Of a DNA stretch of 64,000 nt, positions 26,001-39,413 are shown in pieces. How positions within the stretch are numbered: the first letter of the stretch is position 1; every line of letters begins with the position of its first letter. Location: positions 377,205-441,204 of the forward strand of contig MNCI01002242.1 in assembly GCA_015680685.1 (NCBI GenBank). The letters run 5' to 3'. Under the pieces are notes generated by a model that searched no databases, had not been told where the DNA came from, and saw nothing but the letters and a program-made list of their open reading frames with translations. This DNA comes from Gnetum montanum. Its lineage: Eukaryota; Plantae; Gnetophyta. Made by a program: the position numbers and the translations under genes.

Positions 26001-29000
26001 TCATGGGTGCAATTGCATGCAAAAGATTTTGTTCATCAAAAGTACATACATTAAAGCATGCAATCAGTGTGTACAAGAAATAGATTTTCAAAGGTGTCTA
26101 TATGTAGCAACCATAAACTAGGAGGGCATCCAGTGGCTGACAAATGACTCAAATAGCAACACATTATCCATGGAACCAATTGAGAGCCTAACATGTGCTT
26201 ATGTTGAAAGCATGGATGAACTTAAGCAAGTTTATCACCAACTCTCTGATGATGAAGATGATACCTATTGGGATGAGTTGAGAATCCCTAATAACTTTAA
26301 GCAAGAGCCCCTAGAGTTGAAAACTCTACCAGCTAGCATGAAGTATGCATTCTTAAACAATGGTAAGCTGGTCATAATCAATGCCAAACTTGCTCGTGAA
26401 CAAAAAGACAAGTTGTTGAATGTGGTTAGCAAATGGCCAACAATCTTTGCTTGGTCATATCATGAGCTGACTGGAATCAATCCAAGTATATGCCAGCAAC
26501 ACATTTACACCAACCCAGCCATGAAGCTAAGAAGGCAGCCGTAGAGACAACTGAGCCCTAAATTGAAGTAGATCATCAAGGAGGAAATAGAGCAACTCCT
26601 CAAGGCAAGGTTCATCTATCCCATTGTAGATAGTGAGTGGGTTAGCCCACTTGTAATTGTTCCAAAGAAAGGTGGCAAGTGGTGGATTTGTATTGACTTC
26701 AAGCTATTAAACATGGTAACATTTAAAGATCATTTTTCATTGCCATTTGTGAGTCAAGTGTTGAACACCATCTTTGAGAATTGCTATTATAGCTTCTTGG
26801 ATGGTTATAGTAGCTATAACCAAATCCAAATTATGTTAGAAGATAAGGCCAAGACAACATTCACAAGTCCCTAGGGAATTTTTGCATATTGTAAGATGCC
26901 ATTTGGCCTATGCAATTCCCCTACAACATTTTAATGCCTAGTCCTTAACATCTTTCAGTAGCAGATCAGTAGTGGTATGGAAGTCTTCATGGATGACTTC
27001 TCCACCTATGGAGCTACATTTGAGTAAGCCTTGGAGCACCTTGAGCAAGTTCTAAAAAGATGTATTCAAATAAACCTTAGGCTTAATTGGCAAAAAATCC
27101 ATCTAATGGTCTAGGAAGGTATAGCATTGGGGCACCAAATTTCACAAGATAGGATTGAGGTAGACCTAGAGAAGATAAGGGTCATCCAAGGAATAACATG
27201 CCAACCAGAGATAGTTAAAGTTGTCTAATCATTTCTTGGACATATTGGCTACTACCAATGATTCATAGAGAATTTCTCTAAGATTGCAAAGTCGTTGGTC
27301 AAGCTTATGAAGAAAGATGCTTCATTCATTTGGACCAAGGAGTGCAAACATGCATTCCAATAGTTGAAGGAAAAACTCATAGAAACTCCAATTCTATAGG
27401 CACCAAACTGGTCCAAACCATTTCACATAATGACAAATGCATCTAATTATTCCTTGGAAGTGGTGCCCATGCAATTGGATGATAAAAAAACATCCATATT
27501 ATGTCGACTACGTGAGCCAAAGCATTATAGGGGCACAGCTAAATTACACCACCATGAAGAAAGAATTAATGACAATGGTGTATGCTCTTTAAAAATTTAG
27601 GTACTGTGTGCTTGGTTATAAAGTATTTGTGTACACAGATCAGAATTCCATCCACTTCTTAATGAAAAAGCTGATGGTGAGCCCCTGTATCATACAGTGG
27701 CTCGTGATCTTATAGGAATTTGATCTCACAATGGTAGATCAGAAAGGGACCAAGAATCTGGTTGCTAACCATCTCTCTCGATTAAGATGGGATAATAAAG
27801 AGAAGGAGAGCCTACTTTTTGATCAATTTCCAAATGAACTCCTCTTTACAGGAGTAATACATGACCAAGTACCTATAGAACCAACATGGTACAATGGCAT
27901 CCTCACCTATGTTCTCACTCAAGAGATGCCACAAGACTTGACTTTAGAAAGAAGCAACAATTTCTTCATTGGGCCAAATACTTCATGGAAATTAATGGAC
28001 ACCTCTACAAGGTGTGCACCAATAGCCTAATTGGTTGGTATCCCTGATGAAGATCAACTATGTGTTCTCTAGAATGCTTACGAAGGGCCTTGAAGAGGCC
28101 ACTATGCAGGTAGATGCATGGCCATAAAAATCCTGATGGTAGGATACTATTGGCCTACAATCTTCAAGGATGCCCACCTATTCATCCAATCTTCTAAATG
28201 CTACCAAAGAGATGGTGGGATGACTGCATGAATGGAGGATCCTCAATAGTGGATTCAATCACTAGAGCCCTTTGACATATAGGGCATAAACTCCATGGAT
28301 TCCATCACATCCATGTACAATGAAAAGGTGTATATCATCGTAGCAGTTGACTACTGCACAAAATGGGCAAAAGTAGCAGCCGTTACTAACTGTATATCAT
28401 CCACTGCTACTAGATTTGTACAACAAAATGTTGTAAATAGGTTTGGGATGCCATGTGCACTAATTTTTGATAATGGAACTCATTTCACAAGTGCCACTTT
28501 TAGAAGGTTGATGCAACACTTGGGGGTTAAACATAAATTAGCATCCTATCACCCCCCAAGCCAACGGTTAAGTAAAGGTAACTAACTGAGAGATTACAAA
28601 GATCCTAACAAGGATCATAAGTAAATATAGGAGAGACTAGAGCACAAAACTCAATGATGCCCTTTGGGCCTATTGCTTAACACGGAAACTCCCTATTGAG
28701 TACTCTTCCTACGAGTTAGTGTACAGAAAACTTCCAATGCACCCAATTCAATCCAAGCTTTGTACACTCTCAACAACATGTGATCTGAACCTTGACCTAA
28801 GTCTAGCACAAAGAGAAAGATTAATCAACCTAAATGTGCTAGATGAAAATCGATTAGTGGCCCTATCTTTGAATGAGGTGCACAAGGTATTCAATAAGCA
28901 ATGACATGACCTCAAAATATGAAAAGTGAAATTTCAACCAGGAGATACGGTTCTCTACTAGAACCCCACATATGTACCACAGACATCTAACCTTCAAATG

Positions 29001-29200
29001 TTGTGGGAGGGACCTTACATAATTGCTAAAACCTTTCCTTCTAGGGCCATGATCATATAAAAACCTAAGAGCCCAAATAAAAAGTAGTTGGTTAACATCC
29101 AATAAGTGAAGCTTTTCCATGAACCCAAGCAAGCCAGTAGAACAAATACCCCTACGGATGGACAACCACATTTAATGTTTCAGATCTCCTCCTTTCAACT
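23082..29200 (+). pseudogene. gag-pol: gag-pol of element C, many stops and frameshifts
   Basis: gag KLKLFPKILI; protease ALLDS and PIIMARAWL; RT SEWVSPLVIVPKKGG, KDHFSLPF, FLDGYS, KMPFGLCN, VFMDDF; integrase GYYWPT and FDNGTHF. Ends approximate. Confidence 0.93.
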
Positions 29201-31231
29201 CAATTGTGGGGAAGATGGCCAGCCATTCTAATCATCCACATAGCTCCTTAGTCTTTCACTTTTTGTTTTACACATTTTTATTTTACACTTTGTTGATTTT
29301 TACCTTTTTCTTTAGGTTTTCGTTCTATTGATTTTCTCAATTTTTTGTTTTACAACATTGTTAGTATGTTTTACCTTTATTGATTAATTTACACTTTCTT
29401 ATATATTTTTTGCTTTATTTTGTTTGAGTGTGACTTTTCATCATTTATGCTAATAAAATGCTTTATTATTGTAGGGCACAATGCCATTGTTGCTAGTTAC
29501 TAATGATGGTTTAGTATTAACGTTGTGATTGTCAATGTCTGGTTTCTATTTTTGAATTTTGATGTCTAATGACTATGACATGGTTTATTTTTCATGGAAC
29601 AGACAATGAATCCACGTCATCAACCCATCCAACAACTTTATGGTTTTCTTTGTTTTGGAAGATTGAGGTCCCTTCCGTTAAAAATTTTTTTAATCAATTG
29701 ATGACCTTGGTAGTTTCCAAAATTGGGAAGGATTCAAAAGTTTGTATAGGGTGTGAATTCAAGGGGACTCAATATTCATTGTACTCTTCTACTTAGTTGA
29801 GTGCTTGAGTGTTTTTCATGAACTTCTTCTCATTCCATTCCAACCACTAATAGGAAGTCAAATAAAGTCTTTGCATGGTGTGGTTCCCATCCAAAAAAAA
29901 TTCAAAAAAAAAACAACATGATGAGAATTCAAAGCACACCCCTTAGACAAATAAACCAGCTACAAGCACTTTTTATGGGACTACAAAGACATGCATCCAT
30001 GCTTGAAGGTCCCCTTTAACTAAGGCTCTCTCTTACTTCCTACTTGTCTCTTATTCTCTTTACGGAATGATGGTTGTTTTGTGGGAGCACTCTTGTGTCT
30101 CAAGGGGGTGGATTGGTCTAGGAGTGGCGATGCAAAGTCACTGAAAGAGGCTGGTTTTGGTCTGGACTAAGGATGGATCTTCTCAGGTCATTTTAAATAC
30201 AAACTCCATGAGGAACTTGTTATGACCTCAATTCGAGATTCCATTCCACCTTCTCAATCATCCATCTATGTTGCCACAACTCATCTCACTGTCGGGTTCT
30301 ATGTTATGCTGGATGTCTTAGTTTGACATGTTGAAATTCTTGGATAGATTCTTCGAGTTGATCCTTAATTTTTCATGACCATTAATCAACCCTAGGGCCC
30401 ATGAACTCCTTGGTTGAGGTTATGTAAGTGTAAAAGAGGGCATGTTCCTGCTATGGGGAGGACCCACTTGCATGTCTTTTGGCTTGGTTAGTTAAATTCC
30501 TTACTTTCAACATTGCTACAATCCTATCTTTCGAAGATTCCATTATGTACCCTGCTTAGTGCTCCTTAAACCTCTCATTAAATTCATTCTCCATATCATT
30601 TTCTCAATTTTCTAAATTTCTAAGCTCCAAAATCCTTTTCTACTATTTTCATCTTATTCATGGCTTTTTAGGCTTCCATTTCACCCTAATTTCACTCAAA
30701 AACTCCTTGTACTTTGAAAGTTTTGACCAAGTGAATGGAAGTCTATAGTGGTCAACAGTTATGTTGACGAGGCCCTATCGATGTAGCCTACCTCATTGAC
30801 AAAGCCCCATCAATGCATGTCAAAAAATCTATATATACTGTCACATACTTTGAGATTTTTTATTATTTGCTTCATAACACAAGGTGAGATTTTGCCATTT
30901 TTCAGAGCCCATAACTTTCCAACCATTTGTCCAAATCACTTTATTCTTTGATCCTACAGCTACTAAAGGTAATGTTTTGAAAATTTTTCTAACTCCCCCA
31001 AAGGGTTAATGAATACAATGATATGAAATCATCAAATTTTAAGAGTTAACCATTCCAACACCCTCCAAAATGACTTCGTAACATTAAAAAATAAATAAAA
31101 TAATGATTAAAATTAATTAAATTAGCCATAATCACAACTTAGCCAAGTGTAACAATCCTAGGGAGATAAGGTATCCCAATTATTTCATGTTACACAACAA
31201 TTGCTAACCTATGGTCATGTCATGATTACAA

Positions 31232-33450
31232 ATGGCACCAAGATTGAAACAACTGTAAGAGGGAGGACCCTCTCAACTAAGGGAGAAATGGCCTAGAACT
31301 AGATGGGGCCAACAAGAGCAAGCCCATGAACAAGGATAGGCAACCCATGCAATGGGATCTCTTCAAGAGGAGCCCGAAGTGGAATCTACTCAATAGATTC
31401 CTGAAGAAGAAATTCCATCAAAACAATTGCAGTGAGGGAAAGCACTAGGACCCATACCAAAGCCTGAAGTCACACTAACACAAGCCTACCTTGACACCAT
31501 CAAGCCTCATGAGAACCAATGCTCAGTTCTCCGAGAACTAAACTTCAGGCCATTTTTAGAGCATGCTCTAGTAGAGATGAAAATACAATTGCAAACCTCT
31601 CCTATATGGCTAGTCATCACTTTTAGTGGGGAGTGGTACATGGAAGAGATGTATCTCTTTTGGAATAAGAGAAGGCCATGCTCCACAATGAAAATCAAGG
31701 ATATTCAAGTGTCCTACATGGCTAAAGCTATTGCACAGGCGTTGGGGTTACTTGATATTGGAACATAACTGATAGAGCTATCAATACAAGATGACCTTGA
31801 GGCTAAAAAGAAGTGGACTCAATGGTGTTATGGGGTCAACCATAAGTAATATGGCATGCTCACATCAACAAAACACATATACTTCAAAATAGTGGCATAC
31901 CATCTCAATCCAATAGTGAAGCCTAGTAAGCTGACTGCCTTTTCTACCCAAGCATGCATCGCTCTAAGTGGGAGATTTCTAACAAACCTTTCACAATCGA
32001 TCTATTTAGAGATCAAGAAGTTATTTAAAGAAAATGAATGTGGAAGGAAAACCATGCCTTTTCCATGCCTCATTTAGAGACTTTGCAAAAGGGTAGGAAT
32101 CATTTGCTATGCAAATGGCATAATCAAGCATGGTCCTTTGGCCTTGTGGTCTAAAATAATGAAGGACAAGACACCTACCATGACTAAAAAAGGGAAGTAG
32201 TAGTCGCCACCTCCACCACCTATTCAAGAAACAACACAAGAGGCTCGCACAACTATTAAGTGCTTGTGCAAAATCTAAGAGCAACTCTTGTATGAGCAAG
32301 AGCAGTGTGTAGGAACAAGTGGTGTAGACCCATCTATATGTCCACCAATGATGAGTCACTTTAATGAGGTGGGTTTGACAATCAATTAAATGAAAATAGG
32401 TGGGCCATTATTCTCTCTCCAATGAACATAGTTGCTTGTAATGTTGATGCACGAAAACAACAAATGTAGGAATTCATTCATCAATAGGAGGAGCAACTCA
32501 CCAAGGTAAACACTGAGTTGAGGAAATTGGCTACGAAGAATCAAAATTTGTCTATGGAAGAAGTTTAAGCCTTACACTAGAAGTCTACCATTGAGATCAC
32601 TATCAAGAAGAATGAGGCTCTTAACTTTGAAAAAGTTAAAAATCATTATAGAGACTAAGTTGGCTTGCAAAAGAAGGTAAATGAGAAACATATGCAAATG
32701 CGAAGGCAAAAGTAAATAAAGCCCTCCAACAACTCCAGCAAGGAAGAGAAGTCTGGCAACCCACCATTGATGGGATTGATGCCTATAATGAAGTCAAGAT
32801 CCACTTAAAGGAGTTGCAAATTGAAGAAATGATAAAATACATGGAGTTGGCCAATCTCTACTATACAAACTTAGCAATGCTGACTATCAAAAGACCATGG
32901 TTAGAATTGAAAAAACAAGTGGCAAGCTTGTACTTATTGTACAAAGCCAAGTTCAAGCACCATAAAGACACCAAGAAAAAACTTAAGACAACAAATGCTG
33001 AACTCAAAGTTCTTAGGGCATGATTCACAGATCAACGATCAATTGTTGAGAACTTATCCAAGAGAATGAATGATTACCAGAAGCTAAAAAACACAATTAA
33101 GATGTTCGACATCAAGCATAAATAACTTGTTGCCTAGTTCATTAATGCTAATGAGCTATTTCCAATGATTCCCTATCCTTTGGATGTGCCTATTTCTACC
33201 CACATTGGTGAAGTTGTGTGGATGGTGCATGATCCTAGGAGTAAGGAGGAGAAAATGAAGGCATTACTAGATGCCTTTCACCTCCTAATAGAAGTTGCAA
33301 CAGCAGCAAACAACCATAACCACCTCAACCACTACACATGCCTAAATTCGATGAAGGTCCCTTAGAATCTCAGAAGCCACCACTGCCTAGGACTATCTAA
33401 CCTTCTCCACCAACTTCATGCCATTAAAGAAAGTGTCATCCAATTTTGAA
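31232..33450 (+). pseudogene. env-like extra ORF of element C (plant transposon protein-like domain + coiled coil), degenerate
   Basis: ATG at 31232 (MAPRLKQ) is in frame with ORF pieces 31577 and 31856 (KIKDIQV...AIAQALGL...HLNPIVKPSKL...NLSQSI...MPFPCLI). An E/K/Q/L-rich helical region follows at about 32450-33130. It lies between pol and the 3' LTR. End approximate. Confidence 0.78.
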
Positions 33451-33640
33451 GAGTCATGTCATGGTGTTGAATTTTATGTCATGAACATCGCAATTTTTGT
33501 AATGTGTTGATCTATACACTCGGGCACTCAATTTTGTCAAGTTTGTTTGTTTTTTTTTATTAAGAGTCAATTGATAACCCCATACCTTCCCAATTTTGTA
33601 AAGAAACTCAAGGATGAGTTTTCATTCAGTCATGGGGGTA

Positions 33641-34525
33641 TGATGGATCACCATTGGCTGCATTGATGAGGCCTCGTCGATGTAGCCTCGTCAATTGGGC
33701 CTCGTCAACACGGCCCCGTTGATGCATCTTTTGCTACATCGACGTGACCTTGTCAACACAAGGTCTATTTTTTGCTATAAATACCTGCTCACTAGCTACA
33801 TTTATGACATTAGATTCATAGTAGTAGCAAAGCTCTTATAGTTTGTCTATTTGAAAGTTAGAATGTTTTTCCCAAGTGCCCACAGCAGGAGTCATTGAGC
33901 GTACAGATCATTTTTTGAGTATTGTTGCACATGAGCATGACTATGTGTATGGCAATAAAGACAAGCTTCTTGATAAACCTTGCAACATTCTAGATAGTTT
34001 AGATATTTATTCATGCATTCAATGTTTTCAATTATTTAATCAATGTTTTCCAGTAATTAAGCTAATAAGGTAATTAAGCAAGATAAGTTAGATAGATTAA
34101 TTACATAAGTACGACCACTTTGAGCATAACACGCATTTGCTTGGTAATCCTAGCAGTGTTTTGCTTGGTGTGCCCAGCAGTGTAGTACTTGGTAACCTAG
34201 TAGGGGATATGTGGGTTCAGGACATGTACAGAGAGTGGGACCAGATGCTTATGTTAGGACTAGTTAGAGACTAGTTAATTAGTTAATCCAATTACTTTAT
34301 CTCTCTTTAAACACCAAAACCATAAAACATAAAATGATAAAAATCATATGCCTCGATTACACTTAACCATACCTTTATACTTCATAAGTGTAGTTGGGAA
34401 GACAACGAACACTTCCTAGAAGACTAGTGCACTAGAAACTATAAAGTCCATGGAATTCGGCCAAATCATGCATGAACACTTTGTGATTCGTATGGTTGGA
34501 CATAGGGGTACCTTGCTGCTCATCA
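33641..34525 (+). repeat. 3' LTR of element C
   Basis: Follows the PPT; TGATG...CATCA; TSD at the outer edge. Confidence 0.93.
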
Positions 34526-36900
34526 AATATGAATGAAAAATGTGATGAATAGTTTATAACAAACAAGACTCATCCTCTATTTAATTTCTAGCATCTAAAA
34601 GATCTTTTACACTACCAAGAAACTCCATAGTGACAACAATATAACCCTCCACTTTAGTGAAATACTTCTTACTACTTCCATCACCACCTTTGAGAAATGG
34701 TGAATTCTAGAGATCAATATTTACCAATAGTCCTGCTCAGTATACATTCATCATTAAAAATCATGAATAACATAGATCTTCCATTCTATGATCTAAAACA
34801 TCATGTCTGTAATTGATAATAATGAAATACTTCAAGCATGTGACTTCATCAATAGATGATGCAATGATTCCATGACCAAGGCTTATTGTTAACATAGATA
34901 GCATGCCTGTCTAAGCTAACTGTATCAAAAATTGCATGTGAACTAATACAACATAAGAAGACATTATCACCTTCATTAGTTGCATTCACAAGCAACTTCA
35001 AGACATCTACACTATCATTACCACCATTGTTATGCACCATCTTTGATTTAAAATGGCTACTTCCATGAACCTAGGCAACCAAACTAATGACATCACCATG
35101 TATGAACTTATAGGATTGACATAAACCAAGATGGAGTAATGTTTATGCAATGTATTGGGATTGATCCCCACGCTTGGGATTACATCTAGCACAACATTGA
35201 TAAGCTCAACCAAGATGAAAAAATTTATTTTGATGCAACAAATAAGCACATATGGCTATACAACAGCATTGCCATTAATATCAATAATTATCATACACTA
35301 ACAATGGCATCTTGTTCTCTCCAATGCACTGTCCCCAACAACATCCATTGTGTATACCTCATGATTGTTCAATTTGCCATCATGAAGCATTGCATCAATG
35401 GCAGAATGAACATTCACAAAAGTGGTTACCAATACATGAAACCCTAACACACTAATGGCTTTGTTGACCATGCTATCATTGAGGAGAATAGTGATCAAGA
35501 CAATACTAACATAGTACAGGTTCAAGTAAAAATCACTACTAACAACATGCTTTTGTGCAAAATGAAAGTGAACATTATGATTTCATATAATAACTCTTTC
35601 TAAACTTCTATACTATTGCATGACTTGTATAATCACATGGAGTAATAAGATACAACATCATAGGGATGAACTCTAGTGATTTTAGAGGGATTACCATTGT
35701 TAACCTTTAATGCAACAACATTAGTAGCATTATGTGTTGGACAAGATGGATTGCAACAACCCTCCCTATAAGTAATAAAGTAATGATATAATTTGGTACA
35801 TAGTGATAAATACCTTTTAAGTCTTATCCTTCATCTTTCCTATATTAGCATCCATTTCACAGGAATTTTGGATTATCAATGTAAAGAGATGTTGTACATC
35901 AAGGAGCTCATGCATATGCTCCATTTGTAATGTAAGCATGCACGTACTCGCTTTAGATGGGTACTTTCATATTTCATTCTAAGCATATCTAAGATCAATG
36001 ACCCCTCAGAAATTTTAAATGAAGCAATATAGTGCCTCTATCTTGCCTTCTGCACGCATACCAGATATCTTACACACTTGCAATCCTTTCTTGTTTTCAT
36101 GAACCTCTAATGTCTCTAAAAATTGAACCATATAAACCACTCTAATTTCATCCTAGTCCACAATGTTTCTATAATGTAGGTAAAATCAAAAAAGATATAT
36201 AGAATAGTATGATAATTACATCATGAAATGGTCAACAACCTTGAAGTAAATCCTTTCAAATTGAAAACATTTTTCTTCCACCATATTTAATACACAAAAT
36301 ATGGTGGAAGTAAGAATCTAGTACATAGATATGGTGTATTAGACATCTTGCCACATGTACTAGAGACAATACTTATTTAATACACAAAATCATCAAATAT
36401 TTGCTTTGTATTAGGTGGAAGTAAGAATGTGATATCTAATGCATCTTCATCAATAAACAACTCATGTAGATGTGTCCCATCATTAATTACCATGAGTTTA
36501 AAGACATATATAATGCTAAATCAATCTATCTTGTGCTTCAAGAATGCCCTAAATTTCTTGTAATGATTCCATCCTTCAATGAGAATCAACTCTAAAGCAC
36601 CATTAGAAGGTACCTTCATTCCCAAGTCAAAAATGCAATTACAAATTTCTAATGCAAGAAAGGAAGATGTAGGATCTTCATTGGGTGTGTTGGATTTATC
36701 CATTCACATGCAAGCTTACTGTCTAACTAAAGTTAAAATTTTAATCTTTATCCAAATAGATGAAGATGACCACATTATTTCACTATCATCAGAACTAATA
36801 TTTATCTCTTCAATGAGAAATTTTACCACCTAGTGTAGGGATATCTCTTCCAAATCCCTTGTCATTTCTACTAGTGAAAAAATGAAGGTTTTGGATAATT

Positions 36901-39413
36901 TGATAGATGTTTTGAACTCTTGTGGATATCTTACCTAAGAGTTAGGCACTTGCAGAAGACATCTTAAAGATATATAAGATGTCTTACTTAAGAGTTGGGT
37001 TGATAGAAGAGACATCTCACTAGAACAAGAGATATCTTGCTAGAAATATCTTGTGCTATACGAGACATATTATCTAGAGTGTTGACATCTTGCCATAGAC
37101 ATCTAGTACATGTGGAAAAAAGAGTCCTAAAGTTATGTGAGGAAAATGATCAACCTATCAGGAATTGAACCTTGTTGAAGTATAAATTAAAACAAAAATT
37201 TGAACAATCTAAGCAGAGGCAAGAGATGATCATGAAGCTTAAATTCCTTAGATAGGAAGATAAGAATGTTAAGGAGTTCTATGTTAAATTTTGGGAACTA
37301 TTCCATTAAGCTAAAGTGAATTGGGAGGAATATGAATAAGCTTCAATCTTTCTTGGAGGTCTTAGGATGGCTTATCAGCAAGAGTTAACATTTTATGAGC
37401 CTTAACCCTTAAAGAGGCTTATGAGTTAGTACTCAAAGTAGAGAGAAATCTTAGTGGATTTGGGAGTAAAAGCAAACTAGCTTTAAAAGGAAAGGACAAG
37501 GGATCCAAATGTAAGAGGGGATCCAAGTTAAAATCTAAAGATAAAGGATAACCATGATAATAAGGACTAAGGCAAAGAAGACAAGGATTAAAGTAGAAAC
37601 TCATCCAAGATTTAGTGCTTTAAATGTGGAGAGTGGGGACACAAGCAGTGAAAATGTCCACTTCACAAGGTACCTAAAGGCAAGGATGTATAAACCTTGA
37701 AAATGAGAGAGACTCCAAGCCAATCTCTTCAAAGAGGTCACTCTAATGCTTTCAAAATTGAGAAAGTTTTTAAATTAAATTCATGTGCATTTATGAAGAA
37801 TGTAAATAAAGAAGATCTTCCAACAAGAAAATTGTTAGTTAGGATTAGGGCTAGATGTTTGCTTAATAGGGAATGAATTCATATTTTGATTGATGGAGAA
37901 ACCTAAGAAAGTGTTATTTCTTCTAAGACAAATACTAAGTTGCATGTAGTGACATATCCTCATCCTAGATCCTAAAAGGTGCATTGGTTGTCTAAATATT
38001 TCTTTCAAGAAATAAGGGAATAATATGTTTTGAAGGTTAGGATTGGAAGTTATCATAATTTTGTGAAATGTGATGTGTTGTTAATTAATTGCACTATTGT
38101 AATTATTCGAAGGCCTTGAATTTTGATAAGGGTGCTCAATTTGATGGGGCAAGAAATGTGTGGAGTGTAGTAAGAAAAGATGAAATTCATGAGTTGATTT
38201 CAATGACTACTAAACAAGTGAGGTAACAGACCTTACTTAATGCTTCCTTTATTCTTCTCAAGAAGAGAGAATACATTAAAGAACATAATGAGGTTATTTT
38301 TACATTTGTAATTTTATCAACTATTACTTCTAGCTATGATGTTGTGTAGGTAGAACTTATAGTAGGTGTACTAGGCTTAAAGGAGCAATTTCCCAATGTG
38401 TTCAAAGGGGAATTAGATGAACTACCACCAATGAGGAATGTTTAGCTTCAAATTGACTTCATTCTTGGTGCTACCATTCCAAATAAGAGAACATACTAAT
38501 TAGCAACAAATCAAATGGTTGAATTGTAAAGAAAAGTAGAGGAGCTACATACAAATGGCTTTGTGAGAGAGTTAATATCACATTGTGTAGTTCTAGCAAT
38601 GCTAGTTCCAAAGAAGGATAGTAATGAATGGAGGATTTGCATTGATTCAAGGGCTATGAACAAGATAACATTGAGGTACATGTTTTCTATTTTAAGGATG
38701 GATGATATCCTTGATGTCTTTACTAATGTAAAGATTTTTGGCAAAATTGATTTAAAGAGTGAGTACTATCAAATTTAGATTAGGCTTGGTGATGAATAGA
38801 AGACAACTTTCAAGATACTGGATGGATTATTTTAGTGGTTAGTGATGCTATTTGGGCTCACAAATGTCCCTACTACATTCATGAGGTTGATTCATGATGT
38901 CTTCAAAGATTTAATTGGTAAGTATTATATTATCTTCTTTGATGATATTTTAATATATAATTATAATGAGAAGGACCACTAGAAATATTTGAGAAATATA
39001 TATCTCAAATTGAAGGAGGTAAATCTATTTTTCAACATGAAGAAGAGTCATTTCTTTAAAAGGGAGATCACATATTTGGGATATGTGATTTGTAAAAATC
39101 AAATTAGCATAAAAGATTCCATGGTGAAGGCTATTAAAGAATAGCAAACTTCTAGAAATGTTGGGGGAGGTGAGATCATTTCTTAGTTTAGCAGGTTTTT
39201 ACAAGAGGCTCATAAAAAATTTTAGTTGTATTTCATGACTTTTGCTTTGCTTGAGAAGAATCAAGATTTCAAGTGAGATAATGAGACCTAAATTAGATTT
39301 GACACTTTGAAGGCAAAAATGACAAGTGAACTCATGCTTGCAATATCAAATTTCTAGAAGCTTTTTTAGGTAGAGGTGGATGCAAGTGCACTTGCCATTG
39401 GAGGGATGCTTTC
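36901..39413 (+). mobile_element. CRM-like Ty3/gypsy remnant D (partial gag, protease, RT, start of RNase H)
   Basis: Zinc knuckle CFKCGEWGHKQ*KCP at 37616-37660; ILIDG; LVPKKDSNEWRICIDSRAMNKIT; IDLKSEY; FFDDILIY; EVDASALAIGGML, cut at 39413. Left boundary approximate. Confidence 0.85.

Larger units (their letters stand above)
22056..34525 (+). mobile_element. full-length Athila-like element C (12.5 kb) with env-like extra ORF, degenerate
   Basis: LTRs 22056-22911 and 33641-34525; TSD AATAT (22051-22055 and 34526-34530); decayed tRNA-Asp PBS at 22913-22930; PPT CAGTCATGGGGGTA ending at 33640; gag-PR-RT-RH-INT order. Confidence 0.95.

Noticed and set aside
34530-36840. Short minus-strand ORFs in the flank of element C
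   Set aside because: Probably an old retroelement remnant, but I could read no diagnostic motif.
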